A stretch of 48,526 bases of DNA. It comes from Candidatus Levyibacteriota bacterium (GTDB lineage Bacteria > Patescibacteriota > Microgenomatia > Levybacterales > UBA12049). Made by a program: the position numbers and the translations under genes. Below the pieces are notes generated by a model, which had not been told where the DNA came from, made no database searches, and worked only from the letters and a program-made list of their open reading frames with translations. The first letter of the stretch is position 1. The number at the start of each line of letters is the position of its first letter. The stretch lies in assembly GCA_043807135.1 (NCBI GenBank), contig JAZDGF010000008.1, positions 1 through 48,526 of the forward strand, in the 5' to 3' direction. Of the stretch, positions 6,015 to 16,663 are shown piece after piece.

Positions 6015-6704
6015 ATGATTACAATTATTCACGGAGATGATCTTTCAAGTTCACGTAAACAATTTATTTCCTGCAAAGAAAAAGTTAAAAATCCAATTAG
6101 CCTTAGGGGAGAAAAAATAACTGTTACAGATCTTGTTCAAATCCTAGAGAGCTCCTCACTGTTTGAAACTGAAAAGAATCTTTTTATTGAGAATTTTTTA
6201 TCTCAAAAAAAAGCAAATAAATTCTTTAAAGAAATTCTTGAATATTTTAAAAAACATGAGCAAAGCTCAAACATCTATTTTTGGGAAGAAAAAGAAGTAA
6301 GCAAAACAGTACTTACTTTTTTTAAGACAGCAGATATAAGTTTGTTTAAATTTCCACAAAGCTTATTTCTGTTTCTGGATAATATAAAACCTAATAATTA
6401 TGAAAATGTCCTTTATTTTCATAAAACTATTTTAAAAACCTCAGAAGAACTTGTTTTTTTTATGATCGTAAGACAATTCAGACTAATGCTTGCACTTCTT
6501 TTAAAAACAGACTCCCCTATTGACGAGATAGCTAGAATTGCACCTTGGCAAAGAGGTAAGCTTGAAAGGCAGGCAAACATTTTTGGATTAGAAAATATTA
6601 AAAGAATCTATAGTAAATTATATTTACTAGACTATAAGCAAAAGTATGGCCTTACATCTCTTCCTTTAGTACAAAATATTGACTTTTTTTTAATGGAAAT
6701 ATAA
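6015..6704 (+). CDS. holA: DNA polymerase III delta subunit-like (short form)
   Basis: MITIIHGDD start, SLF motif, C-terminal PWQxxK...DYKQKYG helix pattern. Confidence 0.7.
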   Translation: MITIIHGDDLSSSRKQFISCKEKVKNPISLRGEKITVTDLVQILESSSLFETEKNLFIENFLSQKKANKFFKEILEYFKKHEQSSNIYFWEEKEVSKTVLTFFKTADISLFKFPQSLFLFLDNIKPNNYENVLYFHKTILKTSEELVFFMIVRQFRLMLALLLKTDSPIDEIARIAPWQRGKLERQANIFGLENIKRIYSKLYLLDYKQKYGLTSLPLVQNIDFFLMEI

Positions 6705-6713
6705 GATAAAAAA

Positions 6714-8093
6714 ATGCAGATCAATCCTTCAATCTTTAAAGGATACGATATTAGAGGAGTCTACCCTACCGATCTAAATGAGGAGACAATTATTCCGGTA
6801 GTTAAAGCAATCTATTCATTTTTTCATAAGGATAAGCCTGAAAATGAAGCTTTGACAATAGTTATCGGAACAGACATGCGAATTTCATCTCCCAGTTTAA
6901 CCAAAAAAGCAATTGAAACCTTAGTTGAACTTGGAGCACATGTTATAGACATAGGAATTGTTTCTACCCCTACTTTTTATTTCGCTGTCTCTCACTATAA
7001 TTACGAATGCGGACTTCAAATAACTGCTTCTCACAATCCAAAAGAATGGAATGGGATAAAGATGGTTAAAAATAGTAAAAATGGGTTAATAAAAATCGGA
7101 AAAACCACAGGAATTGATGAAATTAAAAAAATGTCAATAAACAATGAAAGTATAAAGGCAATATCGGGTGGAAAAATTGAAAAAAAAGAAGGAATTATAG
7201 AAACTGAAATTGAAAATTCAATAAAAATTGCAGGAAATCCTGAAATTAAAGAGTTTAAAATTGTTGCAGATCCAGGAAATGCAATGGGCTCACAATATAT
7301 CAACGCACTATTTGAAAAAATACCTGGTAACTTAATTCGTATGAATTTTGAGCTGGACGGAACATTTCCAGCACATCAACCCGATCCTCTTCAAGCTCAA
7401 ACACTAGTTGATTTACAAAAAAAAGTAGTAGCTGAAAATGCAAACCTTGGTCTTGCTCCTGATGGAGACGGAGACAGACTTTTTTTTATTGATGAAAAAG
7501 GAAATATTGTTCCCCCAACAATAATCACTTCTATAGTTGCAAAAGAATTGCTGAGTTCAAACCCTAATGAAACAATTTTAGTTGATATTAGATATTTACT
7601 TACTCCTAAAGAAATAATTAAGGAAAATGGTGGCCAAATGCAAATTGTGAAAGTTGGACACGCATTTATTACAGAAACAATGCATAAAACTAGAGCAATT
7701 TTTGGTGGAGAATCATCAGGTCATTATTTCTTTAGAGACACGGGAAATGCAGAATCCCAAATGCCCATAATACTTATTGTTCTTAAAGTAATGACTAAAA
7801 CCGGGAAAACTATGTCACAACTTGTTGACGATTATAGAAGAAGTTTTGAGTCTGGAGAGTTTAATTTTAAAGTTCAAAATTCTTCAGAGATCATGAATAA
7901 GCTAAAAGAAAAGTATATAGATGGCACTCTTGACACAATGGATGGCATTGCAATAAGCTATTCTAACTGGAGATTTTCAGTAAGAACATCCAATACCGAG
8001 CCGTTACTGAGGTTAAACGTTGAGTCTTTAGATAAGAGTACTATGGAGAAAAAAAAATACGAATTAGTAAAATTCATAAAAAGTTATAATTAA
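6714..8093 (+). CDS. manB: Phosphomannomutase/phosphoglucomutase
   Basis: YDIRG, TASHNP phosphoserine loop, DGDGDR metal loop, GESSGH, SNTEP. Confidence 0.93.
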   Translation: MQINPSIFKGYDIRGVYPTDLNEETIIPVVKAIYSFFHKDKPENEALTIVIGTDMRISSPSLTKKAIETLVELGAHVIDIGIVSTPTFYFAVSHYNYECGLQITASHNPKEWNGIKMVKNSKNGLIKIGKTTGIDEIKKMSINNESIKAISGGKIEKKEGIIETEIENSIKIAGNPEIKEFKIVADPGNAMGSQYINALFEKIPGNLIRMNFELDGTFPAHQPDPLQAQTLVDLQKKVVAENANLGLAPDGDGDRLFFIDEKGNIVPPTIITSIVAKELLSSNPNETILVDIRYLLTPKEIIKENGGQMQIVKVGHAFITETMHKTRAIFGGESSGHYFFRDTGNAESQMPIILIVLKVMTKTGKTMSQLVDDYRRSFESGEFNFKVQNSSEIMNKLKEKYIDGTLDTMDGIAISYSNWRFSVRTSNTEPLLRLNVESLDKSTMEKKKYELVKFIKSYN

Positions 8094-8101
8094 CAACATA
8101 T

Positions 8102-9136
8102 ATGACTAACGCTAATCGAAAAGATCCATCAAATTTTAAACAATTTATAGTTGACGCACCTAAACAGTTTAAAGAAGGTTTTGAAATAGCAAAAGATATT
8201 AAAATTAACGGAACTTTTAAAAAAGTTGCTATATCAGGCATGGGCGGATCAGCACTTCCTGCAAATTTACTTAGAACTTATTGCAATGATCTTTTTAAAA
8301 TCAGAGAAGACTATAAACCAGCAGAAATCTATATCAATAGGTACTACTTACTACCCCCGGAAGCACTCAATAATTGCTTGAACATTATTTCTTCTTACTC
8401 AGGAACAACTGAAGAAACAATAAGCTCTTTTGAAGAAGCACGTCTAAACAATTTACCCATTGTTGGAATATCGAGCGGAGGTAGAATTGAAGAATTATGT
8501 AAAAAATATAACATGCCACATGTAAAATTACCTATTCCTTATCCAAACTTCCAGCCTAGAATGGGAACAGGTTATTTTTTTGGTTCAATGCTTCAAATAC
8601 TTGTCAATCAAAATCTCATTCCTGATACAACTTCCGAACTTAAAAATATTGCAAAAACCTTTAGTACAAAAATGAATGTTTGGGAAGAGAGAGGAAAAGT
8701 ACTTGCGCAAAAACTTAGCGGGAAAACACCGATAATATATACTTCACCTAAATTTAAATCCGTTGCAATGATTTGGAAAATCAAGATAAACGAAAATGCT
8801 AAAACTCCTGCGTTCTGGAACTTTTTCCCTGAACTTGATCATAATGAAATGGTTGGCTACACAAATCCTCAAGGTAAGTTTTTTATAATTATGCTTAAAG
8901 ACAATGAAGATAATATTCGTAATTTAAACCGCTATAATGCAACAGCGATACTTTTAAGAAAACGGGGAATTGATTCAGAAATTATTAATATGGAAGGGGA
9001 AAACGTTTTCTATAAAATGTTTTCGAGTATTTATCTTGCAGACTGGACATCGTATTATCTCGCATTAACATATAATCAAGATCCAACTCCAGTTAAAATG
9101 GTTGAGGACTTAAAGAAAATCTTAAGCTCAAAATAA
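8102..9136 (+). CDS. Bifunctional phosphoglucose/phosphomannose isomerase (SIS)
   Basis: GMGGSA, SYSGTTEET, QPR, NENAK, PELDHNE. Confidence 0.9.
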   Translation: MTNANRKDPSNFKQFIVDAPKQFKEGFEIAKDIKINGTFKKVAISGMGGSALPANLLRTYCNDLFKIREDYKPAEIYINRYYLLPPEALNNCLNIISSYSGTTEETISSFEEARLNNLPIVGISSGGRIEELCKKYNMPHVKLPIPYPNFQPRMGTGYFFGSMLQILVNQNLIPDTTSELKNIAKTFSTKMNVWEERGKVLAQKLSGKTPIIYTSPKFKSVAMIWKIKINENAKTPAFWNFFPELDHNEMVGYTNPQGKFFIIMLKDNEDNIRNLNRYNATAILLRKRGIDSEIINMEGENVFYKMFSSIYLADWTSYYLALTYNQDPTPVKMVEDLKKILSSK

Positions 9137-9183
9137 GCCACTTTATACTTGCATTTTTAACTAACTTCTTTCATACTTAATGT

Positions 9184-11439
9184 ATGACAAAATCTGCCCA
9201 AGTAGCTTGGTTTTCAGACGTAGATAAGGATGATGTATCTTTTGTTGGAGGAAAAGGTGCAAACCTTGGAGAAATGACTCAAGCAAAATTTCCCGTTCCC
9301 CCAGGCTTTATAGTAACTGCAAATGCCTATTACAAATTTCTAAAAGACAATAAGCTGGAAATTAAAATAAAACATCTTCTTAATACGGTAAATTTTGAAA
9401 AACACGATTCAATTACACAAGTTTCAAGTCATATTAAAAAGGAAATCATGAGTGGAGACGTTTCGGAAGAGCTTAAAAATGAAATTTGTAGGGCGTATCG
9501 AACTCTTGGTGGAGTATTTAAAGACGCATTGGTTGCTGTAAGATCATCAGCAACTGCAGAAGACTTAGCAACTGCCTCATTTGCAGGACAACAAGAAACC
9601 TATTTAAACATCAAAGGAGAAGTAAATCTAATTAATAGCATAAGAGAAGGCTGGGCTTCTCTCTATGAACCAAGAGCAATGTTTTATAGGCACGAACAGA
9701 ATTTTGACAAATTAAGAATTGGCATTGCTTTAGTTGTTCAAAAAATGATTGAGTCCGAAAAATCAGGAATCATGTTTACGATTGACCCTGTTACAAATGA
9801 TAAGTCAAAAATTATTGTTGAAGCAATATACGGTTTGGGAGAATATATTGTCCAAGGAAAGGTAACCCCTGATCATTATGAAGTAGCAAAAGATGAAATG
9901 AAGGTTTTAGTAAAACAAGTTGTGGAGCAAAAAATTAAGTTTGTATTAAAAGGGGCTAAAAATAAGGAAATAAAGCTTTCTAAAAAAAACGGCTCAAAAC
10001 AAAAGCTGTCAGAGAATGAAATTATTGCTCTTGCAGAACTTGGAAAAAAACTTGAAAAACATTATTATTTTCCTCAAGACATTGAGTGGGCAATTGAAAA
10101 AGGAAAGGTATATATTGTTCAAACAAGAGCTGTTACAACAACTAATACAAAAAAGAAAGAATTAATTGGTGATACCAAGAATTTAGTTGCAATTTTAAAG
10201 GGTGCTCCTGCATCTCCTGGAATTGCATCAGGTCCTGTAAAGGTAATTTACAGTGCAAAAGAAATAGACAAAGTAATGCCTGGTGATGTTTTAGTTTCTC
10301 CTCAGACAAATCCTGATTTTGTTCCAGCAATGAAAAAAGCAGTTGCAATTGTTACTGATAGCGGAGGAAGAACTTCTCACGCTGCAATTGTATCAAGAGA
10401 ACTAGGTATACCTGCTATTGTTGGCACTCAGGAAGCAACTAAAGTGTTAAAAACCGGTACTGTTGTAACTGTAAATGGACTTAAGGGAGAAGTATACAGA
10501 GGTGGACATTTTACACAAGGACCACAAATTAGTACTGGGACAACAGAAATGATAAAAACTGCAACAAAAGTATATGCTAATTTAGCAGAGCCTGAAATCG
10601 CAGACAAAGTTGCTCAAAAACACGTAGATGGAGTTGGCCTTTTAAGAGCAGAATTTATGATGGCAGGAATTGGAACTCACCCCAGAAAACTGATTAAAGA
10701 TGGTAAGCAAAAAGTGTTTGTAGATAAACTTGCAGAAGGAATTGGAACGTTTTGTAAAGCTTTTAATCCAAGACCAGTTGTTTACAGAACGTCAGATCTT
10801 AAAACTAATGAATACAGGTCGCTAATTGGTGGAAAAGAATTTGAGCCTCAAGAGCCAAATCCTATGCTTGGCTATAGAGGTGTATATCGTTATATTAATG
10901 ACCCTAAAGTATTTGAACTTGAACTTGAAGCAATTAAAAAAGTAAGAAATAAAATGGGATTTAAAAATTTATGGATTATGCTCCCTTTTGTAAGAACTGT
11001 AAGAGAGCTTGAGGAAGTGAAAAAGATTATTTCTGCTGCAGGTATTCATCGTTCCCCTAGCTTTAAGCTTTGGATGATGGTTGAAATTCCTTCAAATGTA
11101 ATTCTTTTGCCAAAATTTATTGAAGTAGGCATCGATGGAATATCTGTTGGATCCAATGATTTAACTATGCTTATCCTAGGAACAGACCGTGATAACGATG
11201 AAGTTGCTTCAGAGTTTGATGAAAGAAATGAAGCTGTGCTCTGGGCGTTTGAACATATTGCAAAAACTGCTCACAAATACGGTATTACTTCATCTGTTTG
11301 CGGCCAATCTGTTTCCTCCTACCCTGACCTTGTTGAGAAGCTTGTTTCATGGGGGATTACAAGTGTTTCCGTGTCTCCAGACGCAATAGATTCTGTTAGG
11401 GAAACAATTTCAAGAGCTGAAAAAAAGCTAATTTCCTAA
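9184..11439 (+). CDS. ppsA: Phosphoenolpyruvate synthase
   Basis: GGKGANLGE, VRSSATAED, GGRTSHAAI phospho-His, EPNPMLGYRG, GSNDLT. Confidence 0.96.
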   Translation: MTKSAQVAWFSDVDKDDVSFVGGKGANLGEMTQAKFPVPPGFIVTANAYYKFLKDNKLEIKIKHLLNTVNFEKHDSITQVSSHIKKEIMSGDVSEELKNEICRAYRTLGGVFKDALVAVRSSATAEDLATASFAGQQETYLNIKGEVNLINSIREGWASLYEPRAMFYRHEQNFDKLRIGIALVVQKMIESEKSGIMFTIDPVTNDKSKIIVEAIYGLGEYIVQGKVTPDHYEVAKDEMKVLVKQVVEQKIKFVLKGAKNKEIKLSKKNGSKQKLSENEIIALAELGKKLEKHYYFPQDIEWAIEKGKVYIVQTRAVTTTNTKKKELIGDTKNLVAILKGAPASPGIASGPVKVIYSAKEIDKVMPGDVLVSPQTNPDFVPAMKKAVAIVTDSGGRTSHAAIVSRELGIPAIVGTQEATKVLKTGTVVTVNGLKGEVYRGGHFTQGPQISTGTTEMIKTATKVYANLAEPEIADKVAQKHVDGVGLLRAEFMMAGIGTHPRKLIKDGKQKVFVDKLAEGIGTFCKAFNPRPVVYRTSDLKTNEYRSLIGGKEFEPQEPNPMLGYRGVYRYINDPKVFELELEAIKKVRNKMGFKNLWIMLPFVRTVRELEEVKKIISAAGIHRSPSFKLWMMVEIPSNVILLPKFIEVGIDGISVGSNDLTMLILGTDRDNDEVASEFDERNEAVLWAFEHIAKTAHKYGITSSVCGQSVSSYPDLVEKLVSWGITSVSVSPDAIDSVRETISRAEKKLIS

Positions 11440-11440
11440 T

Positions 11441-12709
11441 ATGGCAAAAATAAAGCAGATAACTGCAAGAGAAATCCTCAATGCTAAAGGTAATCCAGCA
11501 ATTGAAACAACTGTTTTATTAAATGATGGAAAAATTGGAGTTGCCTCTTGTCCAAGTGGAACCTCTGTTGGAAACTATGAAGCAAGCGAATTAAAAGATC
11601 ACGACGAAAGTCGTTTTGACGGAAATGGAGTATTAGGTGCAATAAACAACATTGAAAGAGTTATTGCTCCTAACTTAATTGGAATTGAAGCAACAAAACA
11701 ACAGGTAGTAGATAAAATTATGATTGATCTTGACGGAACACAAAACAAGGGAAAACTTGGTGCAAATTCTATACTTTCAGTATCTATGGCTACTGCAAAA
11801 GCAGCTGCAAAAAGTTCTACCCTACCATTATATTTATACTTAAGAGAATATATAAAAAAAGAAAATACTGAGCTTAGAATTCCTACTCCCCTATTTAATA
11901 TTTTAAATGGAGGAAAACATGCTGGGGATAACATTAATTTTCAGGAATTTATTGTAATTCCTGCATCATCAGTTTTATTTTCTGACGCTTTAAGTACAAT
12001 TAGTTCAATATATACTGCACTAAAAAAAATTTTAAATGAAAATAACCTAACAACATTAGTTGGTGATGAAGGAGGATTTGGACCAAGTCTGCAAAGCAAT
12101 AAAGAGGCATTAAGCTACATTAAAAAAGCTATTGCTGCAAAAAACCTTAGGCTTGGTTTTGATGTTTTTGTAGGCCTTGATGCGGCAGCATCTAATTTTT
12201 TTAGCGAACAAAAATATCATCTTAAAGATAAGACAATGCCTTATTCAAGATCAGAGCTGATAGCTTTTTATGAAGAGTTAAACAAAGAATTTCAACTTAT
12301 TTATCTTGAAGATCCTTTATCAGAGGACGATTGGAATGGTTGGACAGAAATTCAGAGAAGACTGGGACAGCAAACGCTTATCGTAGGCGATGATTTAACC
12401 GCAACCAATCCCTACAGACTTCAAATGGCACTTGATAAAAAAGCAATTGGTGGATTAATAGTTAAACCTAATCAAATTGGAACCGTAATTGAATCTCTTG
12501 CTGTAGTTGAAGCCGCAAGATCTTCGGGTTTAAAAATAATCGTATCACATAGAAGTGGGGAGACAAATGATAGTTTTATAGCTGATTTTGCTGTAGGAGT
12601 TTCTGCAGACTATGTTAAATTCGGTGCGCCTGTCAGAGGAGAACGTGTTGCAAAATATAATAGACTCTTAGAAATAAGTAATCAATTAAAGACTCTCCAG
12701 CCTAAATAA
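11441..12709 (+). CDS. eno: Enolase
   Basis: PSGTS, NGGKHA, GDEGG, EDP, GDDL, KPNQIG, SHRSGET. Confidence 0.96.
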   Translation: MAKIKQITAREILNAKGNPAIETTVLLNDGKIGVASCPSGTSVGNYEASELKDHDESRFDGNGVLGAINNIERVIAPNLIGIEATKQQVVDKIMIDLDGTQNKGKLGANSILSVSMATAKAAAKSSTLPLYLYLREYIKKENTELRIPTPLFNILNGGKHAGDNINFQEFIVIPASSVLFSDALSTISSIYTALKKILNENNLTTLVGDEGGFGPSLQSNKEALSYIKKAIAAKNLRLGFDVFVGLDAAASNFFSEQKYHLKDKTMPYSRSELIAFYEELNKEFQLIYLEDPLSEDDWNGWTEIQRRLGQQTLIVGDDLTATNPYRLQMALDKKAIGGLIVKPNQIGTVIESLAVVEAARSSGLKIIVSHRSGETNDSFIADFAVGVSADYVKFGAPVRGERVAKYNRLLEISNQLKTLQPK

Positions 12710-13396
12710 TATTGTAATTTCCCCTTTTGGTTTAGTTTTAGAAAAATGATTAATTGACTCATTAATTTTTTCCCTTCTAATTTCCTCAAATTTTTTGGTT
12801 AATTCTCTTGCAATAACAATGTAAATATCGCCAAATTCATTTTGCATCTCCTTAAGTGTATTAATAAGCTTATGAGGTGCCTCAAAAAAAATTATTGTTA
12901 ATTTCATTGTTTTATTTAACAAACTAATGTTTTTAAACATTTTTACTCGATGACCCTTTTTATGAGGAGGAAATCCATAAAACACAAACTTATCTGTCGG
13001 TAAGCCAGATGAGACAAGTGCAGAAATAATAGAAGATGGTCCTGGAATTGAAACTACAAGTAGTCCTTCTTTAATAACTTCTCTAACAAGTTTATACCCC
13101 GGATCTGAAATTGTAGGAGTACCTGCATCAGATGCAAGTACAATATTTTTACCTTCTTTTAATAACTTGATAATTTCTGGAATTCTTCTTTGTTCATTTT
13201 GCTCGTAATATGAAAAAAATAGAGGTTTTTTAGGCGGTTTTTCAAAAAATTTCTCTTCGATATATTTCAAAAGTAATCCAGTCTTCCTAGTATCTTCACA
13301 AGCAATAAAATCTGCATTCATAATAGTATCAACTACGCGCAAGCTTATATCATTTAAATTTCCAATTGGAGTTGCAACAATGTATAAAGTTCCCAT
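12686..13396 (-). CDS. rsmI: 16S rRNA C1402 2'-O-methyltransferase
   Basis: LYIVATPIGNL, CEDTR, SDAGTPTISDPG, RELTKKFEE; start placed at ATG 13396. Confidence 0.95.
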   Translation of the reverse strand: MGTLYIVATPIGNLNDISLRVVDTIMNADFIACEDTRKTGLLLKYIEEKFFEKPPKKPLFFSYYEQNEQRRIPEIIKLLKEGKNIVLASDAGTPTISDPGYKLVREVIKEGLLVVSIPGPSSIISALVSSGLPTDKFVFYGFPPHKKGHRVKMFKNISLLNKTMKLTIIFFEAPHKLINTLKEMQNEFGDIYIVIARELTKKFEEIRREKINESINHFSKTKPKGEITILFRLESL

Positions 13397-13431
13397 AACT
13401 AGGGTATTATACATAATTTTAGATTATGAAG

Positions 13432-13575
13432 TTATTTTTTAGGTGGTATTTTATTCTTTTCCTTTATTGCAGACAATGCGCCTGGACGATACATTAGACT
13501 TGTTTGACCAGGGGAATTATGTAATTTAATTGCAGCAAGCTGACCATGTATTGGATTAGCTTCTTTGCTACTCAT
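13432..13575 (-). CDS. Unannotated 47-aa protein translationally coupled to lexA
   Basis: TAATG stop/start overlap with lexA; MSSKEANPIHGQLAAIKLHNSPGQTSLMYRPGALSAIKEKNKIPPKK* fills the lexA-rsmI gap. Confidence 0.55.
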   Translation of the reverse strand: MSSKEANPIHGQLAAIKLHNSPGQTSLMYRPGALSAIKEKNKIPPKK

Positions 13576-14201
13576 TAAAATTTCCTTACTAAGCTTACTA
13601 CTTTACCCTGAATAGTTAAACTATTTGGATAGATCGGCTCCATTGTGGAGTTAGCTGGTTTTAACACCACTCTATTACCTTCTTTGTAAAACTTCTTAAG
13701 CGTTGCTAAGTTTTCATCTACGATTGCTACAACAATATCACCGTTCTTTGCCTCTTGAACTTTTTCTACAACTACATAGTCACCATCTAATATTCCGTCT
13801 TCAATTAAAGAATCACCCTTAACCTGCAATGAAAAAGCAGTTTTTTCCCCCGAAATTAAACTTCCTGAAACCCAAAGCGTTGCGTTTGGATCAGTATGAG
13901 GCTCTAATGGCTTTCCTGCTGCAATAAAGCCCATTAAAGGTAGTTCAATCGCAGCCTCACTACCCATTAAATTAAGCTTTACATTTTCATCGACAATTTT
14001 AAGAGTTCTAGTATTTCCATCTACTTTTTGAATATATCCCTTTACAACAAGTGATTTTATGATTGTATGAACTGTAGAGTTGCTTCTATGTCCTGTTGCC
14101 TTAGAAATTTCAGCAAGAATAGGTGAATATCCATTTTGTCTTTGAAACTGAGAAATAAATTCTAAAACTTCTCTTTCTTTTTTATACAGTACTCCTGACA
14201 T
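13575..14201 (-). CDS. lexA: SOS repressor LexA
   Basis: N-terminal wHTH, IAAG cleavage site, GDSL Ser, TLKK Lys. Confidence 0.95.
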   Translation of the reverse strand: MSGVLYKKEREVLEFISQFQRQNGYSPILAEISKATGHRSNSTVHTIIKSLVVKGYIQKVDGNTRTLKIVDENVKLNLMGSEAAIELPLMGFIAAGKPLEPHTDPNATLWVSGSLISGEKTAFSLQVKGDSLIEDGILDGDYVVVEKVQEAKNGDIVVAIVDENLATLKKFYKEGNRVVLKPANSTMEPIYPNSLTIQGKVVSLVRKF

Positions 14202-14220
14202 ATTTTTATCTTATGTATAT

Positions 14221-14250
14221 TTTATACGAAAAATATTAGAACTTTGTCAA
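14221..14250 (-). promoter_or_regulatory. lexA promoter with candidate direct-repeat operator
   Basis: TTGACA-N18-TATAAA on minus strand; spacer contains TTC-N8-TTC (plus ACGAA-N6-TAGAA). Confidence 0.5.
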
Positions 14251-14318
14251 CTGAGACATTATAGATCTAAATATATCATCTATGTGTTTTAGCCTCATAT
14301 TTATGTTAAAATATTATT

Positions 14319-16304
14319 ATGAATTTTAAACTCGTTTCAGAATATAAACCAACTGGTGATCAACCTCAGGCAATTGAAAAATTAACTAAGCTTATTAGTA
14401 GAAAAGTAAGAAATAATGTTCTTCTCGGAGTTACTGGAAGTGGAAAAACCTTTACTATGGCAAATGTTATTGCCAATTTAAATAGACCTACGCTTGTTAT
14501 TTCTCACAATAAAACTCTTGCTGGACAGCTGTATCAAGAACTACGTGATTTTTTTCCAAACAATGCAGTTTGCTACTTTGTCTCTTATTATGATTATTAT
14601 CAACCTGAAGCATATATTCCTCAAAGTGATACATATATTGAAAAAGAGACTGAGGTAAATGAAGAAATAGATAAATTAAGGCTTTCTGCAACTGCTAATT
14701 TATTATGTAGAAAAGATGTAATAGTCGTTGCATCTGTTTCTTGCATATATAATATCGGCTCCCCTATTGAATATGGAAAATTCATTTTGGAATTAAGACC
14801 AGGAGTAAAAATTAAGAGGCAAGACATTATGCTAAGGTTTACTGATCTTCAATATGAAAGGAATGATTACGGATTTAAACGAGGTACTTTTAGAGTTAGA
14901 GGAGAAAACATTGATTTGTTTCCTGCCTATTCAGACCTAGGGCTTAGAATTGAATTAAAAAATAATATTATAAACAAAATCTCTGAGTTTGATACTCTAA
15001 CTGGAGATATTGTAAATAAACTTAAAATTATTGTTATTTATCCCACTAAGCATTTTATGACTAATCCGAGTAATTACAATGATATTTTTAAAGAAATAAG
15101 AAAAGATTTGAAAGTAAGAACTGAGGAATTAAAAAAAGAAAACAAATTGCTTGAGTTACAAAGAATTAATCAACGGACAAATTATGATTTAGAAATGATA
15201 AAAGAACTAGGATACGTTAACGGAATTGAGAATTATTCCCGATATTTTGATGGAAGATCACCTGGAGATGCACCATATACACTGCTTAACTACTTCAAGG
15301 AGTGTTCTTCTAATTTCTTAACTATAATTGATGAATCTCATATTACAATTCCACAAATAAGAGGCATGTATAACGGTGATCAAGCTAGAAAAAAAATGCT
15401 TATTGATTATGGTTTTAGGCTTCCTTCAGCTCTTGACAATAGACCCCTAAGATTTGATGAATTTATGCAAAGAGTTAATCAAATAACTTATGCAAGTGCA
15501 ACCCCAAATGACTTTGAATTATCACTTGCAAATGAAGAAGACGCAATTGTTGAACAGTTAATTAGACCAACCGGACTTGTAGATCCAACTATTACAGTTA
15601 AGCCTATAAAAGGACAAGTTGATGATTTAATTTTAGAAATAAATAAAAGGGCAAAAAAAAATCAGCGAATTCTTGTTACAACTCTCACTAAAAGAATGGC
15701 AGAAGATTTATCAACCTATTTAAGTGAAAGAGACATTAAGGTATCTTATTTGCATTCAGACATTCATACTCTAGAAAGACAAGATGTTTTAGATAAATTA
15801 AGATCTGCTGAATATGATGTTCTAGTCGGAATAAACTTACTAAGAGAAGGACTTGATCTCCCAGAAGTATCTCTTGTTGCAATTATTGATGCAGACAAAG
15901 AAGGATTCCTACGAAGTAAAACATCACTTATTCAGATTATGGGAAGAGCTGCTAGGAATGTTGATTCAGAAGTAATTATGTACGCAGATACTGTTACTAA
16001 GTCAATGAAAGAAGCAATTGAAGAGGTTAAAAGAAGACGAAAAATACAACTTAACTATAATAAAAAACATAATATTACTCCAAAAACGATAAGTAAGGCA
16101 ATAAGAGCAAAATTGGTTGAAAAAGAGAAAGAGGATAGTGCTAATTTTCTTATAGAATTAAGTGAAAAAGAAGTATTGTTACCTGATGAAAAAGAAAAAC
16201 TAATTAAAAACCTTAGTTTAGAAATGAGAAGTGCCGCAAAGGATTTAGATTTTGAAACCGCTACTATTCTTAGAAATCAAATAAGAAAATTAAGATCTTC
16301 TTAA
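14319..16304 (+). CDS. uvrB: Excinuclease ABC subunit B
   Basis: GVTGSGKT, YYDYYQPEAY, DESH, LREGLDLPEV, GRAARN. Confidence 0.98.
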   Translation: MNFKLVSEYKPTGDQPQAIEKLTKLISRKVRNNVLLGVTGSGKTFTMANVIANLNRPTLVISHNKTLAGQLYQELRDFFPNNAVCYFVSYYDYYQPEAYIPQSDTYIEKETEVNEEIDKLRLSATANLLCRKDVIVVASVSCIYNIGSPIEYGKFILELRPGVKIKRQDIMLRFTDLQYERNDYGFKRGTFRVRGENIDLFPAYSDLGLRIELKNNIINKISEFDTLTGDIVNKLKIIVIYPTKHFMTNPSNYNDIFKEIRKDLKVRTEELKKENKLLELQRINQRTNYDLEMIKELGYVNGIENYSRYFDGRSPGDAPYTLLNYFKECSSNFLTIIDESHITIPQIRGMYNGDQARKKMLIDYGFRLPSALDNRPLRFDEFMQRVNQITYASATPNDFELSLANEEDAIVEQLIRPTGLVDPTITVKPIKGQVDDLILEINKRAKKNQRILVTTLTKRMAEDLSTYLSERDIKVSYLHSDIHTLERQDVLDKLRSAEYDVLVGINLLREGLDLPEVSLVAIIDADKEGFLRSKTSLIQIMGRAARNVDSEVIMYADTVTKSMKEAIEEVKRRRKIQLNYNKKHNITPKTISKAIRAKLVEKEKEDSANFLIELSEKEVLLPDEKEKLIKNLSLEMRSAAKDLDFETATILRNQIRKLRSS

Positions 16305-16311
16305 ATAGCTA

Positions 16312-16614
16312 TTATTTTTGAAGAAATGTTAATTTCGCTCTTCTTATTTTGGCTTTAATTTTTCCTTTAACTTCTACTTTTTCAATATTCGGAGATTTAA
16401 GAGGAAAAATACGCTCGACTGCAACTCCTCCAACTTCTTTTCTAACTGTGAACATTTTATTATCTCCTCTTCCCTTTTGTTTTAAAACTATACCTTCAAA
16501 TACCTGAACTCTTGTTTTTTCTTTTCCTCCACCTTTTTGAGAAGTATCTATTTCTTTAATTTTTTGGTGAACTCTTACTATGTCACCTACTTTAAAGTTT
16601 AAATCCGTAATCAT
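16312..16614 (-). CDS. rplS: 50S ribosomal protein L19
   Basis: GDIVRVH, RVQVFEG, FTVRK, VERIFP, RRAKL. Confidence 0.95.
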   Translation of the reverse strand: MITDLNFKVGDIVRVHQKIKEIDTSQKGGGKEKTRVQVFEGIVLKQKGRGDNKMFTVRKEVGGVAVERIFPLKSPNIEKVEVKGKIKAKIRRAKLTFLQK

Positions 16615-16663
16615 AGCCTTATATTATAATCGAAAAGTAATAAATCCTCAAGGATTAATTTAA

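Noticed and set aside
14284-14311. dif site (TTATGTTAAA resembles the XerD arm)
   Set aside because: No XerC arm; better explained as the extended -10 of uvrB.
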